A DNA stretch of 64,000 nucleotides. Source: Octopus sinensis. Its lineage: Eukaryota. Position numbers and translations under genes: made by a program. The stretch's first letter is position 1. The number at the start of each line of letters is the position of its first letter. Shown here in pieces: positions 13,342 through 28,031 of the stretch. The stretch spans positions 64,480,001-64,544,000 of the forward strand of contig NC_042999.1 of assembly GCF_006345805.1 (NCBI RefSeq), in the 5' to 3' direction. Below the pieces are notes generated by a model. That model was not told the DNA's origin, made no database searches, and saw nothing but the letters and a program-made list of their open reading frames with translations.

Positions 13342-14215
13342 CTTATGATAAATAAAATGAAATATATTAAAAATAATTGAATAAATACGACTAAGAATAG
13401 ACAGATATTCTTATGGTCAGTTAGGAAAATAGTATTACATATATATTAATTTGCTATACGTTCTACACCAACGTGTAGAACGTACATATGACGAATCATC
13501 AGTATACATTATCCTTGCTTACACAATTAAATCTTATGCGATATAACGGAGAAGCTTCTATGTGGTCACATGGCGGGTTAGAAAAGGTAGCTCACCCTCA
13601 AATCATGCACACTTTTTTCAAAAGGAAGATTCTATCTGGATGAAAGAGTTCTATCCATGGTTTTCGCAGTTGATAGTGTCTGCCCAATCGTAATTGACCT
13701 GGGGTTGAATGACAGTGAACAACACTAGGTTAGTGGTTCGTATTTTATTAAACATAATGTAGTAACCCTTTGGTCGGCCCGAGGCTAAAGTAGAAGAAAC
13801 TTACCCAAGGTGCCACGCAGTGGGACTGAACCCGGAAGCATGTGATTGGTAAGCAATCCACTCCTACGCCTTCTAAAATGATAATTGTAAACAGTGACGA
13901 AAACCACGAAGATCCCAAATCGACTCCAGTATTTATATTTTTAAGCCTGGCGCTTATTCTCTCGGTCTCTTTTGCCGAACCCGCTAAGCTATAGGAATGT
14001 AAACAAACGAACACCAGTTGTCAAGTGATGGTAACTGAAAGAAGTGTGAAAAAAGTATGTCATATGACGATAGGGACGATCCCTTGTTGTCTCGTTAGTT
14101 ATAGTTCTTCTAGTTAGCCCAGGTCAATTCTCATCTAACAGCGTGTCTACATTCACATTAGCTAATGCGCGCATCCTTTCCACAAAACGGTAGAGCATGG
14201 TCTGAGGGAGATTAA

Positions 14216-14217
<2 letters not shown>

Positions 14218-14246
<29 letters not shown>

Positions 14247-14295
14247 CTTCTTCTTCTTCTTCTTCTTCTTCTTCTTCTTCTTCTTCTTCTTCTTC
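14218..14295. repeat. (TTC)n microsatellite
   Basis: About 25 uninterrupted TTC units. Confidence 0.95.
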
Positions 14296-15431
14296 CAATC
14301 AGGACTCATTCATTCGCCACAAAGAATAATCTCTAATTCGAGCCTACTCTAAGCTACTAAGAATGCGTGTGGCAACTTGAAGATCCATCTGCCACACGCG
14401 ATAGACTGGCGGTTGCACGGGCGCAAAAGCTACGTTGTTATTCTCATTCCGTAAACGGTGGCTTTTAACGGGTGGAGAGCTGAACCATCCTGGGGTACAG
14501 AGGATTCGCAATCTCGACTAGGGTCTGAAAGTTTACCACACCATAGTGGGTTACACCATGGTTACTCTGCTTTGTGGCAGAAGTAGGAAGAATGAGTGAG
14601 AGAAAGTTGTGGTGAGAGAGTACAGCGGGGTTCAACCCCAACGTCGGAGCCTCGGGGAGCCTAGGTGTTTTTGCTCAATAAATACTCGAAATTCTTACGA
14701 CCGCGAGTCTGATGCCCTAACCACTGGGCCATTGCGCCTCCACACTGCTGATGCTTACAGGTCGAGCAGCTACGTTGACACAAACTCATTACTCATTCGA
14801 CAGTTACTAAATTTTCTAGAATCTACGTGACTCAACAAACCATACACTTTTGCTCCGTAAAAATGGAGGTTTTTCAGCAGAAATTTGCTCAACATACAAC
14901 ACACCCTCCATGTTGCTACCATCCTACTTTTCAATAATAGTTGGCATCTCTCTTTGGATTACATTACGATATTTGTAGGAAGTACAGTGTAAGGGTGGGT
15001 GGAGGCGATCCAAGTGATTCCAGAGTAGAAGGAAGAGGAGAAATGTTTCACGTCGTATTCCATAATTCCATCAGGAAAACAAATATTACTGATTAGTTTA
15101 ATTATAGCAATGAGGAATTATACTAGTGTAAACTTATGAATTAAGATATCGTATGACACATTCTTCTCTATTATTAATCACAATCGACTATAATTACATT
15201 TTTTTCTTTAAAGGAGAATTTTTTACGTTTACTGTAACGATACGTATGCATGCGTGCATATAAACGTTAATGTTATGTACGTACGAAAGTTACACACATG
15301 TACACGGTTATATACATATGTACACATCCGCACACAAACACACACACACACACTGGTATATCTACGTGTGTGTGTATAGGTGCGCGTGTACGTGTATCCA
15401 CATGTGTGTGTGTGAGTGCGTGTGTGTGTGT

Positions 15432-15462
<31 letters not shown>

Positions 15463-16756
15463 GTTTTTATCGGGCAGCCGTTGACATTCTCTAGCCAGAT
15501 GGTTTTTCACATAATATTTTCACGTTTCTATTTATAGCTTTATCTACTTCGAGTTCAACCGTTAAAAACAAATAGCTCACGTTCTCTCGAAGTTTCAAAA
15601 CTCTTATAACGTAAACAATACATACATACATACAATACATATAATATATATATATATAATATATATTATATATATATATATAATATATGTGTTTGTTTTA
15701 TGCCATTTTTATATTCGACAGAGATGTCAGAAAATGCAGTATGCGCCTATGTCTAGTCTAGTCACGGCATAATACTATATAAAATATAAATAAACAACTT
15801 TTTTTATTTTAAAATTTTCTGTGAAATACGTATCTTTAGCCTGAATCGGATCTTAATTAGAATCGTGATTAACACCGGCTCCGATTAATCAAATCTATGC
15901 ACCTTTGTGAATCATTTGCTATCCGAACCAATGAAAAACAAGCTTATGAAGAATCCATAAAGTAAAAGACATGACCTATTTCCCCTTCAATTTGTCTATA
16001 CATGCCAAGCGAAACGGAAGTTTATTTATTTTTATTTTCAAATATATATACGTATTTGTTCGAATCGATTCTAGTTTGGGAAAAATTTGCAGCTAAAATT
16101 ATGTAAGTTTTCTGTTAAGAATTGTTCTGAAGAACTGCATTCATTTCAAAACTTTCTATCTCTGTTTTCACTCTAAGGACTGTTCCTTAATGGAACTAAA
16201 TATATATTATGTCGGCGAGATTTTCCCATATATCTCAGCACAGAAATTTTCTTAACAGTTCATATTCTTTCATTTGTTGATTGTTAAAAAATGTCTTATA
16301 ACGAGTATTGCTCCCTTCACCCATTTACTTAGGGGTGTATTATGAATAGGGTTTTTCAGAAATAATTGTCCAAATCCTGTCCGTAAGAACTAGTTTCTGC
16401 TTCAGTATGGCCCAGAGATCCAAACGCATTTCATATCCCTGGTGTCAGAGCATATACCAACCAATATACTATTGTGTGCGTGCGCGCGCGCGCGCGTGTG
16501 TATGTGTGTGTGTGTGTTTGTGTGTGTATGAATGTATGTAGGTTTTGCTCATATATATACGTAAGGTTAAATCTGTCTAATTATATATGTAACTATATAT
16601 GTATGTGTATGTATTTGTATATATGTACTCATGTATGTGTATTTATATATTTATACATATACATACATTGCTACACATACACACATACACACACATATGT
16701 ATACACATGTATCTGTAGTTATGTATATATATATATATATATACACACACATATAT

Positions 16757-16816
<60 letters not shown>

Positions 16817-16832
16817 ATATATATATATATAT

Positions 16833-16871
<39 letters not shown>

Positions 16872-17199
16872 GGTGTACGTATGTAGGTGCGTATATATGA
16901 TTATTTACAAATGCAACAAATGTCCATTGCATTGCATTAAATTGCTTCAGTACAGTGAAGTGATGTTGGTGCATGTTGATGCAGCTGGGGGGATTGTTTT
17001 CACTGGTTTGCTTAACCCTCTCCTGTGCAGCGTTTTAAACTGAATAAATAACTGTGAATACCTCACAGCACCGCATGACACAGATAATAGGTTCGCACCA
17101 TGCCTAATCTTACATATTTTTTATTATTTCGTCATAGAGTTTTTTCTTCATGCATTGCCATTTTTTTTAATTATAAAGGAATTATATTATGTTGGTTTC

Positions 17200-17637
17200 A
17201 TATTTTGGCACAAGGTCAGCAATTTCGGGGTGGTGGGTAAGTCAATTACATCGAATCCAGTGCTCAACTGGTACTTATTTTATCGACCCGAAAGGATTAA
17301 AGGTAATGTCGACTTCGGCGGGATTTGTACTCAGAACGTAAAAAGCCTGAAGAAATGTCGCTAAGCATTTTGCCCGGCGTGCTAACGATTCTGCAAGCTC
17401 CGCCTTAGCCATATCTTAAATACCCTTTCTACTATAGGCACAAGGCCTGAAATTTAAGGAGAGGGAGCTAGTCGATTACATCGACTCCAGTACGCCACTG
17501 GTACTTATTTTATTGAATCAAAAAGGATGAAAGGCAAAGTCGACCTCGGCGGAATTTGAACTCAGACCGTAAGGACGGACGAAATGCCGCTAAGCATTTC
17601 GTCCGGCGTGCTAACGATTGTGCCAGCTCATCGCCTG
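17200..17637 (-). mobile_element. Two adjacent full SINE-B monomers
   Basis: Each has its own complete head and a ggccttgtgcc-type tail. No X-tail junction. Confidence 0.8.
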
Positions 17638-19297
17638 AATCATATTTTAAATATAATGCAAGGAAGAGTTCATGAGTTTTAAGCTACCCAGTGTAAATAA
17701 AAGATTAAAACATTGAAGTAAAAGAATATGCTAAAATTTATTTGTAGCGTAAACTTCGCAAATCACAAATCTGAGTCTCCCGTCAGCGGCTTTAAATAGG
17801 AAAGAAGCAACAGATCGTATTTTCATATACTAAACGAAAAACTGTTCAATATTAGAGGTAAACAAAAGAAAATCTCACGAGCCTTGAACAGTTAAGCATT
17901 TTGAATTGTTTCAGTAAAATTGTGATTCATGGTTAAAAAAAAAAAAAAAAAGATGGAAATAAACTCAGAACTAATAAATTTAAATGGAAACGCCTTTGGA
18001 ACAATAAATTCAGCCTTTCAGAAATGGAAATAACATGCTTATTATTATCCCGAATATATAGTTTTGCATAATATAATAATTCTAAATGGATTTAAATCTT
18101 CAAATAGCTTTAAGTTAAACTATAGAAATAACGCTAGATATGTTTGAACAACTCCATTTCAAAGTATTATTACGCTTTTTAATATTTATTTTGAAAGGGT
18201 TTTCAGTCAAGCCAATTTACTCATTAGAAATTGAATAATTAACTGAATGTTTTCTCGCCGTAAACAAGCGATTTCGTAAGGCATAAAACTGGTGCTTGTG
18301 TGTAAAACACGTACGCAATCAGGAAAGATAGAAAATGTTTATCCGCCTATAATTTTAACTACTCTTTTACTCTAAAGGAGCACCGCCTTTAGTCGAGCAA
18401 ATCGACCCCAGGTCTTATTTTGCCCTGCGTGCTAACGGTTCTGCCAGCTTGTCGCCCTAAGTTTGTTATTGTAAGAACTTCTTTCGAGTACTCAGTCGTT
18501 TCGAATTAAACCCATCATTAACCCGTATTAACCCACTGTCCTCGTTTGAGGACATTTGTAGTTGGTTTATTTACTGCAATAAAGGTTAACTGGACGCTTT
18601 CGTATGTTTGTTATTCCTCTTTATATAACCATCTTCAAAATTTCGACAGGGCTAACCTAGGTTAAAATGGGTTAAGTGAATGGCAGTAGATAGTTCTCAC
18701 TTCTTTGTCCAAACAAAGATTATTGCGATATTTGTTATCCTATATAAAATGTAGCTTGCTCGTTCCTTTGGAACCAGAGTATTCATAGAGTGACTCACTC
18801 AGGGATTGAAATCGTCCCGCCAGGTTAAGTACAACACTTAGCACTTGAGATTTAATCAAGTTTTACGATAATTATTCATTGCTTTTCTAAACGCAAAGGA
18901 ACAGAATTTGGAATGTGTGTGTTTGTGTTTGTGTCTGTGCTGTGTTTGATCTCCACCAGCGCTAGAAAATCAGTAATGGTTTATTTAAGTCCCCGTAAAT
19001 TATCGGTTCGGCAGCATTGTGGTAAGCACCAAATCTAAATATAAGTATTGGAGTCGATTTGTTCGAATAAACCCTTCAGTGTGGTGCCCCATATTGGCCG
19101 CAGTCGAATGATTAAAACAAGTAAAGATTTAAAAGAAATAAAAGATTCTCTCTCTCTCTCACACACACCGAGATTCGACGAGTTTCTGTAAAATTTGTTT
19201 GCTAACTTTTATTCACAACTCTTTCTACGGTCCCACGATTCTGTGGTGACGATGGTACACAAACTCACATACATATAAACATACATACATACATACA

Positions 19298-19328
<31 letters not shown>

Positions 19329-19600
19329 CGGGAGAGTTTACGAAAAAAACAAAAGACGAAGGCAGGTGTTGTACAAAACAAACAGATGTATTAGCATAAC
19401 GCTCAGGAATAGAAAACGTCTTTTACGTTTCGAGCCTACGCTCTTCTACAGAAAGGGACGCAGAAAAAACTAGGAGAGAAAAAAATGTGTGTAGTGGCTA
19501 ACGTTCTATATATATATATATAGTTTATCCAAACAAGAAAACACAGAAAAAAACACAGCAACGCGAGGACGTGGAACAATTAAAGTATTATTTGACGCTC

Positions 19601-19642
<42 letters not shown>

Positions 19643-19643
<1 letters not shown>

Positions 19644-20010
19644 TAGCAGTATCGCCCGGCGTTGCTCAGGTTTGTAAGGGAAATAACTATAAAGCATTTT
19701 TAGAGAGTTATAGCCCAAAAATAGCAAAAAAAGGAAAAAAATTATGGTAAATTTTTTTTTAGTTAAAAAAGGTGGAGTTGCGTCCCCTAGACAGTTTGCG
19801 GTTTGTGTTTCTGATTCTCGACCCCATGTCGAATTTATCGATTTTTTTCAGAACTGGGGGAACTTTTCAAAATTTTCGCTGCGTTAGTTTTGAATTATGA
19901 CATTGGGCTATGTGTGTGTCAAGTTTCATCAGAATCGGTTGAAAGCCGTGGTCAGGGTGAGGGTACAAGCAAACAGACACACAGAAAACGCACAGACAAA
20001 CTGCCGTTTA
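19643..20010 (-). mobile_element. Non-autonomous Helitron with shared 3' end but different 5' module
   Basis: ctagcagtatcgcccggcgttgctc..gtaagggaaataactata matches the 3' ends of the other copies. The 5' part (aagtttcatcagaatcgg...acagacaaactgccgtttatatat) is unrelated to them but has the same Lep1-like architecture. Confidence 0.7.
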
Positions 20011-20059
<49 letters not shown>

Positions 20060-20226
20060 ATATATATATGTATGTATATATATATATATATATATATATG
20101 TTGTGTTATATATATATATAATATATAATAATATATTATATATATATATGTATATATATGTCTATATACATCTGTATTCATACATGCATATATGCAAATG
20201 TCTACACGCACGCAAATATATATATT

Positions 20227-20283
<57 letters not shown>

Positions 20284-20413
20284 CTATGTATATATATAAA
20301 ATATATGTAAATATATATATATATCTATAAATATATAAATATATATATATATAAATGTATCATCAATTACTATATATGTCGACAAAACGAAAACAATCAT
20401 GCTCACACCTATA

Positions 20414-20490
<77 letters not shown>

Positions 20491-20531
20491 ACTCTATCGG
20501 GTGATGTATATATGGATAATATGTGTGTATA

Positions 20532-20595
<64 letters not shown>

Positions 20596-20622
20596 GTATA
20601 TATGTATACGTATATATGTAAC

Positions 20623-20698
<76 letters not shown>

Positions 20699-20720
20699 TA
20701 CATATATAACATACATACAG
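19998..20720. repeat. Compound (TA)n/(TATC)n low-complexity tract (representative of dozens: TA, CA, TATG, TATC, TAA, GAT, TAC, CTTT, CAC, GA)
   Basis: Directly visible. These tracts generate most ORFs in the track. Confidence 0.95.
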
Positions 20721-21414
20721 ACATATACACACACACATACATACAGACACAAAGCTAAACAGACACATACAAACACGATCTTTCCAATGTACCGCGTCAA
20801 CTGAACTGGTGAATTTATACAGCTGCTGGTTCATTTCCATTGCAGACAGCTATTTAGAAGGAGAGGCATGCCGAATATTCTAAACACAAATTAGTTAATT
20901 TCTCACTGCTAATTATCTTTTCCTAGTTGGCCCACCAGGGAATTTAGTATTACCACTGTCCTTAAACACACTTTTTTTTTGTACTACCCCGCTGCTCCCA
21001 TTTACCTACACCACACCCGCGGCTACCCGTCGACAGCCCCGGTGGTGGCGGCGGCGGCGGCGGCGGTGGTGGCATCCACCGCCATCACCATCAGTTTTAA
21101 CATCAACATCACCCCCTAACACCACCACTGCCATCAACATCGCCTCCATCGCCACCATCTCCACTATCGCCGCCACCACCACCACCATGATAATCATCAT
21201 CATTACCACTCTCACCCACCGCCACCACCACCACCACCACCAGTGCGCAACAGTATTAAACAGTATTAATATCCAGTTCAGTCGGGCACCGGAAGTCCGA
21301 TCATTGGTGCCAACGTTCTACGAGGGAACAAAAGGAGACTTCTCGACCCAGGGCTGAAACACGTCTCATTGCTAATGCTTTCGAATCATGGGTAATTTGG
21401 TGATGTGATTGTTA

Positions 21415-21467
<53 letters not shown>

Positions 21468-21585
21468 GTATAATTTGCTATAATTGGAATTGAGTAGGAA
21501 GGGCGGTGCCCATAGTCGTTCCATACTCTACTTGTTTGGCGGGTAGGGCGTCTGGACAGATGACCACAACCACTATCATCATCGT

Positions 21586-21621
<36 letters not shown>

Positions 21622-22093
21622 AAGCAATTGTAGTAGTAGTAGTAGTTTACAACCTATTCCCTTAGCCTTTACAAGCCGAGGCACGTGTCGATGATTTAAT
21701 AGGGGCGAACAGAGGTTAATCTCAATGATTTATTAAACCTTTTCCTTTTTCCTTTAAAACGCCTTGTTTCTATGAGTTTTCTACTGAGTAAAACATGATG
21801 CTAGTCATAACGAAATGGTTCTGTCTCGTATTTTCCCTTTTATTTGGGTTGTCTTTGATACAAAGCTACCGTCTTTGATCAAAACTAGACCGAGGATGGG
21901 CGCCTGGTTTTCATTGTGATCACAACGACTGAACAGGGATAGTTAAATGCTGTAACAACTCTTGTATTTTACAGAAGTTCTGTGAAGAACATGAGTCACG
22001 ATAACAGGGGTCATTTTTTTTAAACATGAGAATCCTGGATTCGATTTCGCCAACTGCTTCACTCCACCTTATCACATTATTCATGGCCTTGAA

Positions 22094-22668
22094 GGCGGCG
22101 AGCTGGCAGAAACGTTAGCATGCCGGGCGAAATACTTAACTGTATTTCGTCTGTCGTTACGTTCTGAGTTCAAATTCCGCCGAGGTCGACTTTGTCTTTC
22201 ATCCTTTCGGGGTCGATAAATTAAGTACCTGTTACTCACTGGGGTCGATGTAATCGACTTAATCCGTTTGTCTGTCCTTGTTTGTCCTCTCTGTGTTTAG
22301 CCCCTTGTGGGTAGTAAGGAAATAGGTATTTCGTCTGTCTTTACGTCCTGAGTTCAAATGCCGCCGGGGCCGACTTTGCCTTTCATCCTTTCAGGGTCGA
22401 TAAATTAAGTACTAGTTATGCACTAGGGTCGATATAATCGACTTAATCCGTTTATCTGTCCTTATTTGTCCTCTCTGTGTTTAGCTCCTTGTGGGTAGTA
22501 AGGAAATAGGTATTTCGTTTGTCTTTACGTTCTGAGTTCAAATGCCGCCGGGGCCGACATGGCCTTTCGTCCTTTCGGGGTCGATAAATTAAGTACCAGT
22601 GAAGTTCTGGGGTCGATGTAATCAACCATCTCCCCGAAACCTCAGGCCTTGTGCCTGTAATAGAAAGG
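22094..22668 (+). mobile_element. SINE-B trimer (full tRNA head + 2 truncated-head units, 184-bp period)
   Basis: A/B-box head ggcagaaacgttagca...gagttcaaattcc and core gcctttcatcctttcggggtcgataaattaagtacc. Junction GAAATAGGTATTTC at 22319 and 22503. Confidence 0.85.
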
Positions 22669-23127
22669 CTTATTCGTGGATTTGGGTTTTTCTTAGAAAC
22701 TATTTATATTATTATGGAAGGCGATAGAAATCCCGCCGTGGTCGACTTTGCATTTCATCCTTGCGAGGTCAATGAAATAAGTACCAGTTCAATACTGGGG
22801 GTCGATGTATTCTATTTAGCCCCTCCCGCAAAATTGCTGGCCTTGTGTCAAAAGTTGAAACCATTATCTGCGCTGTTGCTTTTATTATCTTTCATCGCCT
22901 TCATTTAATATATTTACCTGTATTACAGTCGTTCCTGAGAGAGGTCTAAGATCTGAAGCTGTGGGTGAGATGAACAGTAGAATATACAGATTCTACTACT
23001 TGAGTGGCACCTCATTTTAACAACCACAGAGAGATGGAATGGTGCAGTTGATCTGGATGAGATTTGAATGCAGAACGCAAAAATCCAACACGCACACACA
23101 CACACACATACACACACACACACATAC

Positions 23128-23183
<56 letters not shown>

Positions 23184-23335
23184 GCATGGACTTTCGTCCG
23201 ACGCTCTTCAGACTCTGCCAACCTACAACAACGTTAAGGATGCATAAATAGATTAGTCGTGAATAAGGTAAATAAAGATTTAATTGTTGTTATTAACTCC
23301 TATTGTGCTATATTTTTTCAGATGTTGCTTTAATT

Positions 23336-23390
<55 letters not shown>

Positions 23391-23493
23391 CGATGATGAT
23401 GAAAATTATGGCGGTGAGCATGATGAAAATGAGGATAACGACGGCGACGATGACGACCACGACGATATTGAATGATGATGATGATGTAATGAT

Positions 23494-23890
23494 GAGTGAC
23501 TGTGTGGTAAGAGGCTTGCTTACCAACCACATAGTTCCGGGTTCATTCACACTGCGTGGTACCTTGGGCAAGTCTCTTCTACTATAGCCTCGGGCTGACC
23601 AAAGTCTTATGAGTGGATTTGGTCGACGGAAACTGAAAGAAGCCCGTCGTATATATGTATATGTATAAGTGTGTGTATGTGTTTGTGTGTATGTGTTTGT
23701 GTGTCTGTGTTTGTCCCCCCAGCATCGCTTGACAACCTATGTTGGTGTGCTTACGTCCCCGGTTCGGCAAAAGAGACCGATAGAATAAGTACTAGGCATA
23801 CAAAGAATAAAATTTGGGGTCGATTTGCTCGATTAAAGGCGGTGCTCCAGCATGGCCGCAGTCAAATGACTGAAACAAGTACAAGAGAGA
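23494..23890 (+). mobile_element. SINE-A
   Basis: Same head/core/microsatellite/tail layout. Confidence 0.85.
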
Positions 23891-24097
23891 AAAGAAAGAG
23901 AAAGAGAGATGACGATGTTTTAGCTTCGCCAATCTCACCCACTTTTCTTAAAAATTTGCTGGATTTGGGGTGGTTCTGGCACATCTTACTCTGCCCTCAA
24001 CTACCTTACCAAAAGTAGGCAGCGGCTTCGATCTTGTCGACAGACTCAGTAGATAGCTGGTTCCATGCTGCTATACATGGTGGAAGCTATTCAACGT

Positions 24098-24552
<455 letters not shown>

Positions 24553-25198
24553 AAATTAACAAAATACGAATACCTGATGATTGTGTACGGAACGGTTACG
24601 TTGCCCTGTTCACATCTCAGACAGATTCTGTTGTTAGAAGCTCAAACATGATCATGCTGTAAAACTGATCACAAACAAGCAATGGAAATCTCCGCGATGT
24701 GGCACTGCCAGGCCAAAAGTTTTGGGAAATTAGGCGTGGCTGTGTGGGCAAGAATATTGCTTCCGAACCATGAGGTCTCGCTTTCAGTTCTGCTTTGCGG
24801 TACTTTGGGCAAGTGTTCCAACTATAGCCCTGGAGCGACCAAAGCCCTATGAGTGGATATGGTGGACAGATACCGTGCAGAAGTCCTGGTATATGTATAT
24901 ATGCATGTGTGCGTGTATATATATATTAAACCTCGCCAAGTTAAATATTTCAATCACCTGACGAATGACTGTAACTCGAATTTTTACGAATTGGATAGCC
25001 ATGAAACGATCGTAGTGTTATACTAATTATCTTTTTTTAATAATTTTGATATATATTTAAAATAATATAAATTAATTAATCGTATGTATCGGCTTCTTAA
25101 GTTTTTCATTGTATGATTTGCCTAATAGTGGTTTTAATCTCTAATTTAATATATTATATATATATATATATATTATATATAATATATATATATATATA

Positions 25199-25269
<71 letters not shown>

Positions 25270-25874
25270 TGGTGTTTGTCTCCCACCAAATGTAATCCGG
25301 CATTCGTTAATATAATCTACTCGTCATCTAGTGGTTCGGCAAAAGGTGCCGATAGAATAAGTACCAGATTCAAAAATAAGTAATTGGGGTCCCTCAGAAC
25401 AGATTATTCACACTGTCCTCGTTGACTCCCAGCTTTACATTAAAACACCATCTTCGCTTAGACCTTGCACAAACACTTCCAGAAACAGCGAGGGTTGACG
25501 TTTTACCGATCGCATTGCTCAGCTGCCAGAGTGCAGTGCGCGCCTGGCAACATTCCAGATGCTAAATATTATTATTATTATAAAAGAAATCAGCATCATC
25601 ATCATTATCATTATCATTATTATTATTAACAACAACAGCAATAACAATAATACTGTTAATGAATAAGTAAATAATTAAATGAAAATAATTTACTAATCGG
25701 AATGAGAACGGTAAATTTGCAGCCTCGTAGTATTTACAAAGGGAGGAGTTAGTTGTATAGTTAACACACACACATATATAAATATATACATATATTCATA
25801 CTCACATTCGAGCATAATTAAGTGTGTGCGTGTGTATATGAGTGCGAGTATGTGTATATATACATACATATGTA

Positions 25875-26250
25875 TACTCTTTACTCTTTTACTCTTTTAC
25901 TTGTTTCAGTCACCTGGCTGCGGCCATGCTGGAGCACCACCTTTTTAGTACTTATTCTATCGGTCTCTTTTTGCCGAACCGCTAAGCGACGGGGACCTAA
26001 ACACACCAGCATCGGTTGTCAAGCAATGCTAGGGGGACAAACACAGACACACAAACACTTACACATATATATATATATACATATATACGACAGGCTTCTT
26101 TCAGTTTCCGTCTACCAAATCCACTCACAAGGCATTGGTCGGCCCGGGGCTATAGCAGAAGACACTTACCCAAGGTGCCACGCAGTGGGACTGAACCCGG
26201 AACCATGTGGCTGGTTAGCAAGCTACTTACCACACAGCCACTTCTGTGCA
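25875..26250 (-). mobile_element. SINE-A with internal deletion
   Basis: Same layout, lacking the ggggtcgat segment. Confidence 0.8.
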
Positions 26251-26293
26251 CATTCTCTATATAAATACATATGTATGTTGTGTGTATGTATAT

Positions 26294-26353
<60 letters not shown>

Positions 26354-26749
26354 ATATATATATTATATATAATATATATAATGTTGTGTCTGGGGATGAT
26401 ACGTAAGTATGAAATCACTGTGATACAGGTTATATTTTTAAATGGCTTTCTTTGAAAAATTGCATTCGGTGGGATTAGTAATATTTTTGGTAGAAATGAC
26501 TGATGTCCCTCTTAGCGTATGGCGTGTATGTAGAATGCCTCCTGCATGTATGTATAATGCCCTCTATATATAAATATGTTCAATAAGAAATAATTATTTT
26601 CGAAAAATTTTTCTCTTATGAGGTTTTACGCTATCTACCTGACAATTTCTTGTTAAGTTTTCCTTATAAGTATTGTCCTTAATTGCTATATATATAGATA
26701 TATATATTATATATATATATATATAATATTATATATATATATATATATC

Positions 26750-26902
<153 letters not shown>

Positions 26903-27469
26903 ATTTATGCGTGCGGATGGCTCAGTGGTTAGAGTGTCGGGATCATAACCATGAAGTAGTGAATTCGATTCTCGGACCGGTCTCCATGTTGTGTCCTTGA
27001 GCAAGACACTTTGTTTCACGTTGTAGTTCACTCAGTTGTAGATATGAGTTGTATCAACCTTTTCTTTGGACAACATCGGTGGCATGAAGAAGGGAGGCTG
27101 GTACGCATTAACATTGGCCATCCTCCCCCCTTTTTTATGTTTAACTTATATTCTGAAGATATGGAAATTTCTCGTGATGCATTTGTAATCAAATAGGCGA
27201 AAATATGACAAGTTTTATATATAACTATTAAATATATGGAAATGACGCGTTTTCTGGCGTTTATTTTGCATTGAATCACATCTTGATAACTAATCACATT
27301 TCGACGTGTCTGCGAATATTTTTCCTTATATATTGTTACACTGCCTTCATTTTTCAATCACCTGACTAATCGGAAACGTGTCAACACAGAATAACTTTTC
27401 AAGATGATTTAGCATGTAGTACTATTACCACTCCTCCTCCTCCTCCTCCTCCTCCTCCTCCTCCTCCTC

Positions 27470-27521
<52 letters not shown>

Positions 27522-28031
27522 TACTACTTCTACACTACTAAAAATAATATATATTTCATTTGACGTCATAACAATTCATAATCTTCGAGAGAAGTTGAAA
27601 TAATTCTTTATTGGAACGTTGGATCTCGAAGCAGATCAGATATTAATAATGTTCTTTCTCGAGCCATGTCAGACTCATAAGGGTCGGTTTCCCGGTTTCC
27701 GTGGTGTAGAAATTCCCCACCTGGATGGGACCCCAGTCCGTTGCAGGATTATTCATTTTTGCCAGCTGAGTGGACTGGAGCAACGTGAAGTGAAGTGTTT
27801 TGCTCAAGGACACAACGCATCACCCAGCCCAGGAATCAAAACAACAACCTTACGATCATGAATTCAACACCCTAACCACTAAGCCACACGCCTCCACAGA
27901 TAATAATAATATTGTGTAAATATTGTGTTAAAAGCCCTCTGGAAAGAAAAAAGCCAAAGGTTGCTGGTGGGACTCGAATCTACATCTTCTGTAAGTATGA
28001 TAGGCGTTTTAGCATTAAAGTTTATAAATTA

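Noticed and set aside
22094-22520. Hammerhead core within the SINE multimer unit (retrozyme test)
   Set aside because: No CUGANGA…GAAA arrangement was found on either strand by eye. Other ribozyme classes were not excluded.
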